A DNA stretch of 64,000 nt from Podarcis vaucheri (Eukaryota), in assembly GCA_965113315.1 (NCBI GenBank), contig OZ220378.1; one strand, 5' to 3'. The notes beneath the pieces were generated by a model. The model made no database searches and was not told where the DNA came from. It saw only the letters and a list, made by a program, of their open reading frames with translations. This document shows positions 1 through 14,100 of the stretch, in pieces. Made by a program: the position numbers and the translations under genes. Position 1 is the stretch's first letter. Each line of letters opens with the position of its first letter.

Positions 1-1328
1 TATCAATCCCCTCTTTGTGTAGTTCCAGGATAATAGAATTTGACAACACTTCCTTTTTTGTTTTTGTTTCTTCTCCTATTGCACTTTTTGGTATAAAATA
101 TGTATTTGCTGTTCTCATCGTTTCCTCCCAGCTGAAGGGCTCCGCTGATTTCCTTAGTGCAAAAGTAACTGTAGCAGGTGGAAAGACAAGTTCTGTCAAT
201 GCTACATTTTCCCCTTTCAGTAAAAAGTAACTTCTTAATGTTTCCATTGAGTTTATTCACTTGTAAATAGAACTTCAACATATTTTTATAGTAGATAATA
301 TAACTCAGAGTCTGAACAGCTTAATTTATCCAAGTTACATGTTTTTGTGACTCTTCTTTTACATGTGAGAGCATTAGAGTAATATTAGAAACTTTCTGTG
401 GAGATAAAATTTCTTCAGAGTGTGCATGCATTTGAACCACACTATTATCTAAATCTCCTTTTAAAATTTAAAACCTTTTATGATTCTTGAAAGGTTTCAC
501 TGTCTAGTATTAGTATAATCTACAATATTATGAAGTCTTTGACAAACAACATACCAGCAATTCCCCACTACTCCAGAAAGTTGTAACAAAGTGCTTGATG
601 GTTTCTAAAGCAGGGAATATAGATTTGATCTGGCCCTTTTAATTTAGATACTTAGTGTAGTTGCTTTAACCAAACATTGTTGCAGTCTTTAGTTATGGTT
701 ATGCTTGATACTGATCAGGCCATTTCAGGTTGTGATTTGGTTTTTCTCCCTGGAAAAAATGCCTGGTTTGTTGCATATAATATGGGGAGCTTTTCTCCTT
801 CTTGACATGTTGCAATTATGGTAGCAAAATGTGGCAGACCACCATTCTGTGGGGATCACTGTTTTCTCATTGTACTAATTAAATGGGTGTCAGATATGAT
901 GTGCAATTTTGATGGTTAATTGGTCCATTATGTATGTGGCTGGGTGGCTTCCCTCAGTGATCATGATTTGTAATTTACTTACCAACTTTACTATTGGGGT
1001 GGAATATGGGGCATGACTTGGGACCACCTGGAATTTAATTTTTTTTCTTCAAGACCTTTTGGCATATACAGGGCACATTTTGTGTGCTTTGTGGAACAAA
1101 TAGCATTTAAATGTTGCTTTTACTTCCACCAGAGTGAGTTTTCCCTAACACCCCAAAGGTATTGCTATAATACTTTACTTCCATAACGATTTTTCTTGTT
1201 AAGGAGGTGACACAGTTTGTTGGTTTGATTTTGTCACACTGAATGAAGAAAACTCTTAGTAAGGTCAGTGCACTTCACAGCATGTTAAGTATTACATCTT
1301 TTTCCATATAACATATGGCCATCTACCC

Positions 1329-1462
1329 CAGGATGGGGAACCTATGGCCCTCCAGATGTTGGACTCCAATTCTCAGCATTCCTGACCATTGGCCATGCCG
1401 GATGGAACTGATGGGAGCTGGAGTCCAATAACACCTGGAGGAGCATATGTTAGCTGTCTATG
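1329..1462. mobile_element. Short palindromic hAT-derived MITE (related copies ~19276-19412 and ~40623-40752)
   Basis: CCTCCAGATGTTGGACTCCAA...GGAGTCCAATAACACCTGGAGG imperfect palindrome, found three times. Confidence 0.6.
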
Positions 1463-2426
1463 ATCTAACCAATCATCTATAAAAATAGTTGTAAGTTATC
1501 AGTGGGTTGGATAAGAAATATGGGCAGATCAGATCTTTTGCCAGGTGCTATTTCAGTTGCTGATTTTGTGAATATTAGAAAGCTTTTATAGTAAGATGCA
1601 TGCCTAGTTAATTTTTAGTTGATTAATCACCTACATTTTAACCAATTTTAAATATGTGTATTAAAGAAAAACTTTTTTTCTTTGATAGTGAAGTACAGTA
1701 CATGAGAAATTAGTAAATGGAAGCTACTGCATTTAATATTTTGATTCTCCCAACAAAAGCACACAAGGCTTAAAATAGCTTCAAAAAAATAAACAAACTT
1801 GCCCTTATATTTTGGTTTCACCAATTGCTTTTATTAATACAATTAAATTGTTCTTTTTTTGATTAAAATTAACCCTGTTAAAGTATCAGATTTGCTGATT
1901 TTTAAAGCTTGCAGTCCTATTCCATAAATGTTTTCTGGCAGGAGTTGTGAAAGTTCAAAGTTGCATTAAGAAATAAGCAAATTGGCTTAGAAGTTTGGTT
2001 CCATTAGTTTAATTTTCTCACATGTTCAGTTCCTAACAGTAACTCTTTTCTACAGTGTGTTTCAATATTATTGTAGTAACTTATTGCTCTCCTGAATGAC
2101 CTTGTCTGTTGTTAGCTTAGTGATAGGAACTTTATTGTTGAGCCAATTAATCTGTTCTGGAAGTGTTTTGAATCAAGGAAAAACAAGGCCTATTCTTGGC
2201 ACCTCAATCCTGCACATGTTTACTCAGATTAAGGCCTATTTCCACCAAAGAAATATAGCAAGCGAATAAAAAGAGAACCCACACAAGTGATCCTGACACA
2301 AAACCCCACACATACACTAAGTAAAAGGATATAAGCATTGCCACCCACCCCACCCTATGCACCATCCCCACCCTTCTCCTCTTTGCCCCCCTTCCTTCCC
2401 AACCTTATACTGCATGAACACTTAAT

Positions 2427-2678
2427 AGGGTTGCCATATTTCAAACAGGATGTTGCTGAGGTTTGTTTTTGTTTTTTTAAGAAACCCACCAAAATTGTTG
2501 AGCTTTTTTGGGGAAACCTCCACTTAAAACTTAAAATAGTAATTTTCAGCTTTCGGAGATTTTTCTGCTGCTGTTTCCATCGCATTGGCATGCATCCAGG
2601 TGTCTCCCCCCCCCCAATGCTATTTTTATACACCAAAGCCAGGACATGTCAGGAATTTTCCTGATGTATGGCAAGCCT
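2427..2678. mobile_element. PIF/Harbinger-like MITE
   Basis: TIRs AGGGTTGCCATA / TATGGCAAGCCT; a shorter inverted copy lies at 17192-17296. Confidence 0.6.
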
Positions 2679-2856
2679 AAACACTAATGTCTCCCCAAAA
2701 ATGAAACAGATCTGTAGGAAAAAAACAAGTTGAAAAAAGAGGCGATGCACATATTTTTGTAAGTTCAGAAGTCTTTAATAAAAATTATTTTAAAAATAAG
2801 GTCTATTGGGTTCAGTTAATCTTATTCTGAAACAGGTTATGTAGGCCTTCAGGCTT

Positions 2857-3212
2857 AAGGTAAAGGTAAAGGGACCCCTGACCATTAGGTCCAGTCGTGA
2901 CTGACTCTGGGGTTGTGGCGCTCATCTCGCTTTATTGGCTGAGGGAGCCGGCGTACAGCTTCCGGGTCATGTGGCCAGCATGACTAAGTCGCTTCTGGCG
3001 AACCAGAACAGTGCATGGAAACGCCGTTTACCTTTCTGCCGGAGCGGTACCTATTTATCTTCTTGCACTTTGACATGCTTTCGAACTGCTAGGTTGGCAG
3101 GAGCAGGGACTGAGCAACGGGAGCTCACCCCATCGCGGGGATTCAAACCGCTGACCTTCTGATCGGCAAGTCCTAGGCTCTGTGGTTTAACTCACAGCGC
3201 CACCCGTGTCCC
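2857..3212 (-). mobile_element. Sauria SINE (full length)
   Basis: Reverse complement has a tRNA-like head (GGGACACGGGTGGCGCTGTGAGTTAAACC...GGTTTGAATCCC) and an (ACCTTT)n tail; TSD TTCAGGCTTA(A/G)GGTAA at 2848-2863 / 3214-3229. Confidence 0.9.
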
Positions 3213-4013
3213 TTTCAGGCTTAGGGTAATGACTGGCATTTTACATTGGTGTGGTCCCTCTGAGGTAAATGGAAATATATGAATGTTAAGTGTTTTGAGT
3301 TGGGCCCTTCAGGGTTCACAAGATTTGTGAATTAAGATCTTACTCTAGTGGTAACTAAAAGTGGGTTTAATGCAGGCTAGCCACCCGTGATCCAGCAATA
3401 AATATACCATAAAATGTATACACAACTGTTGTCAAAATTCTGTGTTTATGTGACTTGAGAAGCTTTTGTTACTAATTTTTTTTTATATATCCCTTGAATC
3501 CTGTTTTCATCCTATCGTTTTGTGTCTCATTTGCCTTGGATCTTTTTTGAATTCTTTGCTGTGGATAGACTTTCTGGATAACAATTAATTCAACTGAGGC
3601 CAGTGGCTTTTCTGATATTGTATCTAATCTTCAAAATGAACAATTAATCCTCAACAATGCTTTCTGGTGACTCAGTTTTTATTTGACCTCTGTTCAGGGA
3701 GCAATAGTGTTTGAAGTTAAACATAGGCATGGATAGGCCTAACATTGTAAATGGGATCTATTAATTGTTTTCATTTTAGATGAAAAGAAAAGAGCTCTCG
3801 TGCCACTCTCAAACTTTGAGCAGTTTTTAGCCTACGCGTAATTAACCTAACTACAGACATCTTGGGAAAGCAATGGCTTTTTGCTGGAAAATTCATTTTG
3901 GATGCTCTCTCCACCAACTAATAGTAGGCTATGTTTACAGGAACGTTTGCACTGCAGTAGCATTAGTAGACACAAAGCAAACCCTTCATGTTAAATATCA
4001 AAATGCTCTAGAA

Positions 4014-4222
4014 CAGGCACGTCCAACTCCCAAGAGATAGCGATTTACTCACAGTATATAAAAAAGGCAGTGATCTACCCATTGTCATTGGAGGATGGAC
4101 CAGAGTTGTTGCTGAGCTTTTTTTAGGAAGTCAGAGCTGTTGAGCTTTTTTGGGGGTGAATATCACTAAGGGCCCAAAGATCGACCAGGAGCACCCCACG
4201 ATCAACCTGTTGGACATGCCTG
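4014..4222. mobile_element. hAT-like MITE
   Basis: TIRs CAGGCACGTCCAAC / GTTGGACATGCCTG; no clean TSD. Confidence 0.65.
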
Positions 4223-4335
4223 CTTAGGCCCAGAAGTGTTTATTGCCGTGCATGTTTTAATCCCACATGGGAGATCAAGTTCTGAGATGGAGCCATCTAG
4301 CAGTAAGAATTGCTTAGTTACGTGGATATAACAGG

Positions 4336-4473
4336 CAGTGGTGGTGCGTGTCTTGGGGGTGCCACCTGCGGGGGTCCCAGCACGGGGGGGGGGGGCAGCC
4401 GCGATGGCAGCCTGCCAGGATCGCACTGCTGGGGGCGGTGCGCTCTCCCCGCACTCCTCTTCCTCCACCAGTG
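4336..4473. mobile_element. GC-rich hAT MITE
   Basis: Ends CAGTGGTGG / CCACCAGTG; 8-bp TSD ATAACAGG. Confidence 0.75.
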
Positions 4474-5310
4474 ATAACAGGGTTTCTCAGAAGTTCTACC
4501 CCCCTCGCCACTGAAATGGTGGAACAGAGGCAGAACCACTCACAAAATGTTAGCACAGGGCAGCAGTCATATCACAGAACTATAAAGTAAAATACAACGA
4601 CACTATTACCAGAGGCGAACCTTGAGGTCTCAAATTTCAGCAGTGCCCTGTGTGACACCAGAATTCAGCACCCTTGCCTCTCACCTTCCATTTTTTATCA
4701 TAGTTGTGGCAATCCCTGTGCTGTCCCTGAGGCACATGCACTGTGTGGCTGAATCAGTCACACTACCCTAAATCTGCCTCTGTTGTTATGATGCAGCATT
4801 GTGGGATGTAAAATGGCATCCCATGTCACCACTTCTGCTTCTTTTAGCCCTGCAGGCTTGGTGACCTTGGGTCAGTGCTTGTGAGGATAAAATAGAGGAC
4901 CTCCCCAAAAACTTTACCTCCCTTGAGGTAAATGACTCCCCATCTCTATTTCATGCCATCCTCTGTTTCGTGCCCATTGCCGGTCCCTACAAAAACCTGA
5001 AGAAACAAGTACTTTACTGATCTTTCTCTTTCTCTCACAACTTTTGGAAACCTTTGTTATAATTTAGTACCATTGCCAATAAAAAAAATGTCTTTGGGAG
5101 AATGACCACTAGACAGATATTCATCTCCATTCTAAATCGTGGAAGGCAAAATTTAATGTACAGGTAATAAGAGCCATTGTGCATCCTTTTTTCTGATACG
5201 TTGGAAAGCCTTCTAGAGAGGTTTCTTCACTTTGTAGCTTCACATTCATAACTGTAGTATTGAATGCAAATATAATACATGAACTGAATGTCTCCTGTTT
5301 TATCACAAAA

Positions 5311-5432
5311 AGTAGTAGTAGTAGTAGTAATAATAATAATAATAATAATAATTTTTTATTTATACCCCGCCCATCTGGCTGGGTTTCCCCAGCCACTCTG
5401 GGTGGCTTCCAACAAAACAATAAAATAAAATA
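5311..5432 (-). mobile_element. LINE (L2-like) 3' end with (TAG)n(TAA)n microsatellite tail
   Basis: Reverse complement TGTTGGAAGCCACCCAGAGTGGCTGGGGAAACCCAGCCAGATGGGCGGGGTATAAATAA followed by a simple-repeat tail. Confidence 0.6.
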
Positions 5433-7685
5433 ACCTATGTGATCTGTGTTAGGCAAAACAAATATTTGGGCAAGGAAGGGTATAATTTTTTCCCCAGAAG
5501 GGTTAAGTATTTGTTATAAAAGAATTTGGATATTGATAAAGATACCTTGTCTGTCAAACACGGATAGACATTTTGTGAGTTAACATTTCTAAACCTTGAA
5601 ATTTAAATTTCTGGGGAGGAATCAAGCAGGACTTCATATTCCCCCTTGCAAGCCCTGCAAATTGGCTCCAGTGCATTCATCAACCCTCTGGAGCATTTTT
5701 TTGAGGGCACATGGAGAACCTGAAGAGAGGAGAGGAAAGTGAACTTCTGTTGCATAGGTGGAAATTTGTTCCTCTCACACATGGACTAGCATTGCATGCA
5801 ACCACGGAAAAAAATCAATGCCTTCTATATTAACAGGTCTTATTTGGGGCTTTGCTAAATTATAAATTTCTCAAAGCAAGTTGAACTTACAGTTTAGCCT
5901 AGGTATTTAAAAATGCTATGCAGGATTAATGAAAATATGAAGATGAATGGTAGCTGGTAATGAATTTGAATAGATTTGATCCAGTTTAATTTGAATATCT
6001 ATTTAAACTAGAACTACAGCCTAAACATTTGTTTAAAAGGCTGCTCTTTCTGAATCTAAGGTCATTTCAGTGAGGATTAAGGTGCACAGTCTTAAATGTC
6101 ATGTTATAATTTATTTTTTAAGTGTGCTTAGATTACAATACAAAAATGGTTTGTTTATTTAAAAACATAATGGAAGTTTTTCAGAGCTAGAAAAATAGTT
6201 CACATTTCTATGGTTCACTCAAGTGCTTCTTGTTGTTTCCCTGAAAGCCTATATTAGGAAGTAGCAACGTAGGAATAAAGTAAAGATGGCTCAAGGTCAA
6301 AGAATACTTATTTTCACCCAGAAGTTAAAAACAAATATTAATATTCCACAGTTAAATAAGATAACAAGCTCAAGTAACTATAGTGGTGTTTAAGGCTTTT
6401 CAGAAATGTGAAAGGAAAGAATTTAAAGATATTGGAGAATAAGGCGGCATGAGTTCACCAGACCCGTCATGTCTGAATACTCTGTATATTAAGATAAATC
6501 ATCTTCTCAAAAGAAATGGCTTTCTGGGCATCACCAGTTTAGACTTTTTGACATGGTCGGCTATACTTCAATTACCATGTGTATTTTCTGGAATATTAGC
6601 AGATGTTGTAATTAGGATCGCATTGTGCTTATTCTGACATTTTCTGTTAATGTGAACAAAAGAAGACTCAAATAACATCATGTTGACATAGCACCGATAG
6701 GGCCAAAAACGACAGGGATTTGTTTTGGCTGGCAAAATACTCCCAAATGACTTTAAGCTGCTCTGGGAGAAATACATGGTCGGAACTACTTAGCCCAGTG
6801 ACACCACAAGAACATAATAATGAAATGGATGTTGTGGAAGGAAAATGATAATTAACAGCAGTTGATTTGAAGGTTTGCATTTCTAAAATCCCTCTTTGGT
6901 TGTGATGTAGAGTGAAAATAGATTGCTGTAATAGGGTTATTTAAATTGTAACCCTAGCTTGCCAGACTTCCCCCATTCCATTTTTGAAGAGGCAGATACT
7001 GAAAATGAAACTGTTCTGCTTTATGTTGATTGCTGCTCTTGCATATATTTGAGATTCTTTAGGAGTACACCCACTATGAACATTTCTAGTGAAAATTGTT
7101 GCTAGATTTCAGCTGATTCTACTCATCACAGCACAAAGAGCTTTACAGCTATTTTATTATTTGTATTTATAGTCCATCCTTCATCAAAAGGTTCCAATTC
7201 CAAGACATTACAAAAATTTAATTAAAATAAGTACAATGTTTAGTTAATATATTGAGAGTAGCAGATATTGCTGAGCATTGCCGTGCACTACTGTTCTGTG
7301 TTGCTGTTTTGTTGTTCTGATGTTGGTGGCTTAGTTGATTGTGTTTTATAACTATATCTCTGAATCTGGACTTTTTGCCTTCATACAAAGCAAGAGTTCA
7401 CTGTTAATCCTCCCTGTGGGTAGTTTCAACATGAAGGCTATGACAGTGCTGCAACTTAGTTTGCCTCTGGTGTGGTATTGGCTTTCATCATTGAAAGTGC
7501 ATTTGTATCCACTTGTTGCTTCCAGAAACAAACATATCCCATGGAGTTAATATGAGTAAGTGGGATGCACTGGATTTTGTCCATTTTTAGCTATGTTTTA
7601 ATCATATATGGCAGGGTTTACTACCCCTTTTGGTCCATGGGCACATTTGCAAACTGGAGAGACTTTGATGTACACCACACATGTA

Positions 7686-7853
7686 CAGTGGTACCTCGGG
7701 TTAAGAACTTAATTCATTCTGGGGGTCCGTTCTTAACCTGAAACTGTTTAACCTGAAGTACCACTTTAGCTAATGGGGCCTCCCGCTACCACCATGCTGC
7801 TGGAGCACAATTTCTCTTCTCATCCTGAAGTAAAATTCTTAACCCAAGGTACT
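7686..7853. mobile_element. Truncated copy of the 19789 Tc1/mariner MITE
   Basis: Colinear with ~19789-19950. Confidence 0.75.
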
Positions 7854-10800
7854 CATCTTAACCTAAGCTCCCATCACAATCTATTGTGTTGGGTTCAACA
7901 GAATGCTGCTTTCAATGTACTAATTTCAGTGGGAGGAGGGGCAGAAGGGGTAATCCTGTGGGTACTATTGAAGACCTCTGTAAGCACAAATGTACCTTCA
8001 GGTGCTATGTTGCTGACCCCTGATGTAGAGACAAGAAGTGTGCAGTTGCTCAAAGTGCAATGGAGATGGTAATTTCATACCCTTTTGATTAAACTTGCCT
8101 TTCAAACCAGGAGGACTGAATTGTAGGTTTTTTGTAAAGCATTCCAGTGGAGGTTGGGATTTTGCTCTTAGTTAATCAGTGTTACAGAACTAGATTGTAT
8201 CATGACATTAAGCACAATTTAATCTGTTACAGCGTTCTCATATTGCTTGAAGAGACACTAAAGCAGAAGTGACTTTGTTATAATTTTAAAACACTGTACT
8301 TTTTTCCTTATTGGGGAAGCCCAGAATTCCTGCAGGGCTTTGCGTATATACAGTAATTTTGCATGGAGAGTCCTTTCCTTATTTTTAAAGATAAGAAAGC
8401 TGCTTGAAACATACATTTCTGCCATGAGACCAATATAAAACTGGAAAATACCACACTTAAATATAGCTCTGCAGTTATTAAAATTAAAAATGAGGGTGCT
8501 GGTAGACAAACAACCTCTGCTCAAGTACATGTATGATATTTTAGACATTGGGTTGCATTGTCTATTGGATTTTTTGCAACATTTGCTGCTGTTTAGTTAC
8601 AAGCTTGGTATATTGACTCTGCTGCATCTGCAGTCCACTGTGCTTGTTATAACAGCTTATTTTCATCCACTAGAACCCTTTGGGTTGGGAGGGATCATCT
8701 GTGACTCATCTAGCTTGTGCGTTGGGGCAGAATTGATTTAATTATGCTTAAATATCTCTGATAGATGGGTGTCGAGAGAGAGCGCTCTGCTTTGGATCTC
8801 TGCAGAGCTGTTATCTGGAAGTGCCCTTGGCAATTTGTCCCACTGCCTGGCATCAAATATTTTTGTCACGTTCGAGATGTTTTTATTATTGTGATATTTC
8901 AGATGAAGGACTCCAGTCATGCAAGCTTGTTTATAACCTATCAGATAATGTCCTTTATTTGATTTAGGGCAGTGGATCACAGGCTTCTTCCAAATTGCAG
9001 AGCCCAACTGACTTCATTTGGGTCTAGTCCATGCATATGTGTCTACAGGATAAGTTTTTAATGAAGTACAATAAAAATTAGTAATTCAGAAACTTGATTT
9101 TCTGTACTAAACTGGCTAAATTAGATGAGTTCACTTTAAAAGTACATGTGAAAAGGATCTAGGAGTATACAAAGGGGTTGTAGGGCCATGCCTTTTGCCC
9201 AGACTCCATTTTAACATGCAGCTTCTTCGGACTTCCCAGGGCAAGTATATGTAGTGGGAAGTCAGCTGTACTTGTGTACAGCTCCCCACATGGTTTGGAA
9301 CCTTTATCATGTGGAGCTTGAAGCAGGCTTCCCACTTCTAAACTCACTAGAAACCAAAAGAGCAATGTAGCAATAATGGTGAGGCTAGAAGTGTGGTGAG
9401 AAACAACCAAATTAGAACAAGGAACAGTTTCCAACTTGCTATCCTGGCAGGCATGAAAACAGTATTGAGCTCATCCACTTCTTGGCCAAGCAGAACCTCC
9501 TGAGTGCTGTTCTACCTAACATTTCCTGTTACAATTTCTTGGCTGTCATATTTCATGATTCCACCTTGCAAATTTTCTAGTTTGTATAATGGTGCGGCCA
9601 TGCACTATTGAAGAACTATCTGGCAATGAATAAATGATGCAGCAGCTCTCCAGCCAACCTTAATGTACTACTTATGAAACTGCAATTACTAAAACATTTT
9701 ATGAAGTTTATTACTAGATGGCAAGAATGACTCTGCAGAAATGGGCTCCTGAGATTTTAGGCATGTGGAAAAACCCTAGCTTTCAGAATTGCTTTATTTT
9801 GTCTTTTAAAAAATGATCTGTGGTTTGGTGAGCACTGCTCTAAATTAATTTTTTCCTGGTGGTTATTTTTTATCCTTGCTGTTTGCCAATGATCCTAAAA
9901 ACATGCCTCAACTCACCCTGGATGATGAAATGGTAAGGAACCATTAGCTATTTTTGAGGTAGTCTACTTTCCGAGAAACAGCATGAACAATACTACCTGA
10001 GTTTACTTACAGAGCTTTGCTGTCTTTCTGTGCATCATAAGCTGAGTCAACACAACATATGTTGCGTTGATTCTGTAAATCCACAAACACAATAGGCTGA
10101 TGGGTGAAATGGTATTGTGTGATGGATCATTTACGGTACTGCTTAAGCTGCACGTATATGGTCAAAGAAGTTTCTCCAACAATGCAATGATTACTATTTT
10201 GTGTGTGTTTCCCCAGTAGGGTCATGAGATAAGAATTTCAAAAAGTGATCATGCAGCATCTGTTCTTGGGAGTGCTGTGGAACCTGGCCTCAAAGCTGTG
10301 AGGGTATTGAAATAAAGCATATATTTTACTTTCTGTGAGAATGTGGTAGGTTTGTAAAAAAAAAATAAAAAATCCTTAGTCCCCCAATGACAAGTAGGAA
10401 TCTTCTGCAGTTAACCACGCAAGCAAACATTTTTCAAAGGTTAGCTCTTTCATTTACGCCATAAATAAAAAGCATAAGCATGTGTGGGCAAGTATTTTTT
10501 GTTATACAGTAATGGTATGATTGAAGATCCTGCCTAGAGTAGGAGATCCCCTAGGCAAGGGATGGTGGCAAGGATTGAAATGTATTGGTTTTCTTCAGAT
10601 TAAAATATTAAACTGGCCTGGGAAATCATAGGGACCAGTGGAGATTCTTAGGCTAAACCTAGGCAGTAATGTGTTGGTTCAAGATTCAGTGGTGAAGCAT
10701 TGACTGTGCTCAAGAGCTTCCTTAAGATATGTTGTGTAACTGAAAGTAGCTGCTTGACTACAGGAAACAAAATTAGTACAAAAATAATTATGCATAAACT

Positions 10801-12378
10801 TTCTCTGCCGCACTAAGTCTTACCTGGAAGTAGACCCCAAACTATCACTAACATGAGATTAATTCTCACAGTGGTGACCACAGTATAAAGTTTTGACACA
10901 GGTGACATGTATTAGATAGCTCATTTTTCCTGAAGTGGAAGGATTTGCTTATTAAATGTCCCTCTGGGCCTTCCCAGTGAACATAGTACAGATCTTTAAG
11001 TGCAGAGTGCTTCACTGTTCTTGGTTAGCTTATATATTTTGTGCAGCTATAGTGAAGGCGTGAACTCTTGAGGTTGCTGAAGTCATAGGCCATTCAGTTG
11101 CTTCCTGGTAGTCAGCATATGAGGTGTGTAGTAATCATGCAGAAACTGCTAATGCTTAATCATGCATTTTATCATTGGCCTTTTGCTATTGGTGTGTGAA
11201 GTGGTGTACAAAAGAGTCAAAGCAGCATTTTCCTCAAGAGCTTCACAAGAGTATGGTTGATCGGCAGGTCTGAAACTTAATCAAGCAAATGGGGACCTTG
11301 GGAATATGGCTTGAACAGCTGAAAATGGGAGCTTCCATGTCCCAGATGAAGTATCTGCATTTCTACAATGGGTAAACTCTCTCTGTGTGGTTTGGTTGAA
11401 TGTCACTTTCTAAACCTCTAGTAAGAGATGAAGAGAGGCTTTTGTTCTGGTGTGTCCATGCCTCTCCCTGGGTAAAAAGTAATTTTTATACAGCTATCTA
11501 CAGAAATAGATAACAGGATAGAAAGGAGCATGAATTTCTACCTGGAATGGAGGTGAGAACAGGGCAGGTGTGCATATGAAGTGTATTGTTCTCTATACAG
11601 GGTATACAAAAAAGGACTGACCAGGCTCTCTGCCTTTTAGGTGTCAAAGCTGGTGGGGTATACATGCCAAACTACTAAATCACTGTCATTCAAGCTGTTA
11701 TAACATGGTTGTTTTAACTTCTGTATGCAGCTGCTGAGACCAAGACTCTTGAATTTCCTTCTAAAATGATGCAGTTCTCTTCCCACCTTTGATACATACC
11801 CACACTTAATATTTCTTCAAATAAGAGCTAATATGAAAAGGGTTCTGTGTTCATTGTTAAGACATTGGTTTCAATTGTCATAATTTTTGTGCTGGTGTGT
11901 ATTTGATTCTGGCTTTCTTCCATTTACCCTCAACACTTAAAAAGAGCTACTGTTGGCTGAGTGAAATGTGATTTGTTTTCTAAAATGGCCACATGCTATT
12001 TCGAAGCTAATGGAATCCTGCTGACTTGTATCAGTTCTAATTATTAAGAGCAGGTTACTTGACTCTGTACAGATCCTGTGCAGAGGGAGAATAATGAAGA
12101 GTTTATGTAAACAAGAAACAGGTGGTAGCTTAAATTCAATCGCTTAAACTCCCCTTCATCGATGTAATGCCACATCTGAGAGACTGCCTTGGCTCCAGTT
12201 GTGTGTATATTTTTGTGATGATCCTATTTTATCTTTGCAGGTCAGGCTGTGTGTGTGTGTGTGTGACTGGCCCAAGGTCAGTAGTGGTTGAGCACAAATT
12301 TGAACCCAGTTTCTAATGCACTGACCACTATGCATGCTGTTAGGAGAGCCAAAGCAGGACTTGATCAAGCAGCATATA

Positions 12379-12867
12379 CGTATTTTTCCGTGTATAAGAC
12401 AGAGGCCCCCTATTTTTGGGGACTAAATTTAAAGAAAATGAGGGGAGATGCCCCAAAGTTGTTGAGCTTTTTTAGGCGGATTTAGCCGCTTCCGCTCCAC
12501 GCTGCTGCGGGAAACGCTCCCTAGAGCACACGCCTCCTGCAGCAACATGGGGAAGAGTTGCACGCCCGCAAACCAGCTGGCTGGCGGGTTCACAGCTTCC
12601 CTGCCACGCCACTGCAGGAAACACTCTCCTCCTGCAGCAACATGGGGGAGAGTTGTGTGCCCGCAAACCAGCTGGCTGGCGGGTGCACATCTTCCCTCCC
12701 ACATTGCTGTGGGAAACGCTCTCCTGCAGCAGCGGCATGAGGGGAGTTGCGTGCCTGCCAACCAGCTCCCCCCTCCCCTCACGCCACTATCCGTGTATTG
12801 GACGACCCCAGGTTTTTTACATGATTTTTGAGTCAAAAACCCTTGTCTAATACATGGAAAAATACGG
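12379..12867. mobile_element. Tc1/mariner MITE (CCGTATTT-type TIR) carrying a ~95-bp internal tandem repeat
   Basis: TA|CGTATTTTTCCGTGTATAAGAC...GTCTAATACATGGAAAAATACGG|TA. Confidence 0.8.
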
Positions 12868-14100
12868 TAGCTCTGCAAACTGGGTTCTCATCTACAGAGC
12901 CACAGTCTGTATGTGCCTTCCCCTACAGCATGTGATGAAGAAACCAGCTGCCCATCTTGTATAATTCTTGAGGTTTAGAGACATATCTGGGACTCCTGTG
13001 TTCTCTCCTTTTGGTACATTGCAGTTTAGATAGTAAGAATTCATTCTTGGGAGCAGAGTGGCTAATGTGTGGTTTTGAAAGTTCCCTACTTTGGGGCAAA
13101 GGTGATCTAGGTCTTGAGGACTGTTATAGATACTTCATGTGGATCTGGAAAATATTTTATTAAGAGACAGGTTGATGGCAACTTAAGTCTAACAGCGTGT
13201 GACTTAAGCCAGTACACAATGTTAAAATTGTGGTTTTTTTTTTGGGATACTACAAGGTGGAAGGCCTGTGAGGCATTGAGATAGTTTTCAATTATCATAT
13301 TTAAATTAACTTAAATAATAGTTACTATTAGCCTTTAATTTGTGGCAGCTTAACTCCTGTTGGTATTTTCTACACCCACATTAATAGATCTAAGAATCAA
13401 TGGAGATGACTTCAGGATCTTTCATATGTGTAGTACAAAGAGTGAGAGTCTCTTTAAAAGCTGTACTTCTTTGCCTTCTTATATACAGCATGACTTTTGA
13501 AAATATTAAGCTTGTTAGGTTAGGTTATCAAACCAGTCACCACTACTGACTATTTGTATATGGGGTGGTGGTGGGAAATCTGCACTTTCAGAAAAGTAAA
13601 GTATTCTGAACTTCTCCTCTGCCTGCTCTATTTTCCATGGTTGTCAGCAGTCAAAAGATATTGAGACACGGGGTTTTCTTCTGATGCAGAAACGTGCAAG
13701 TCTGAACAGACCTTCTGTTCAGTATCCTGATCTGTGAATTGCCCTGTTGCCGATTCAGGACATGTTTTGGCTTGGCTTAGTGTGGCTAATTGGCTTTGTC
13801 ATAGCTTGGAATGCAAGGGAAGAGAAGTCCTTGAAATGACCTTGTTGGCAGCTGTTTAATGTGGAAGTTGTGTTTGACTTTGGAAATGTTGCTTTAGAAC
13901 ATGAGAAAGTAAGTTGTCTCTTGTCTCATTGTGAACTGGGAATTAAAATGTCATGCCTAGTGCGACAGAGTAGTACTAATGGAGTGGGGAGGAACCAGGA
14001 GGAGAAAACAGAGCAACATAACATAGTTGAATATTTAAAATACCAAAATAAAAAAAATTCCTTCCAGTAGCACCTTAAAGACCAACGAAGTTAGTTCTTG

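Noticed and set aside
1-1310. AT-rich stretch that may be a decayed retroelement on the - strand
   Set aside because: No diagnostic motif could be read with confidence; it needs RepeatMasker or tBLASTx.
2857-3212. tRNA gene-like A/B boxes
   Set aside because: They belong to SINE heads; no complete cloverleaf tRNA gene is seen.
9888-9931. ATG-containing segment ending in a GTAAGG donor, considered as an alternative first exon
   Set aside because: Splicing to exon 2 creates TGA at the junction in one frame and is out of frame in the other.
12500-12770. CRISPR-like repeat array
   Set aside because: Eukaryotic context; the units are contiguous tandem repeats without unique spacers.
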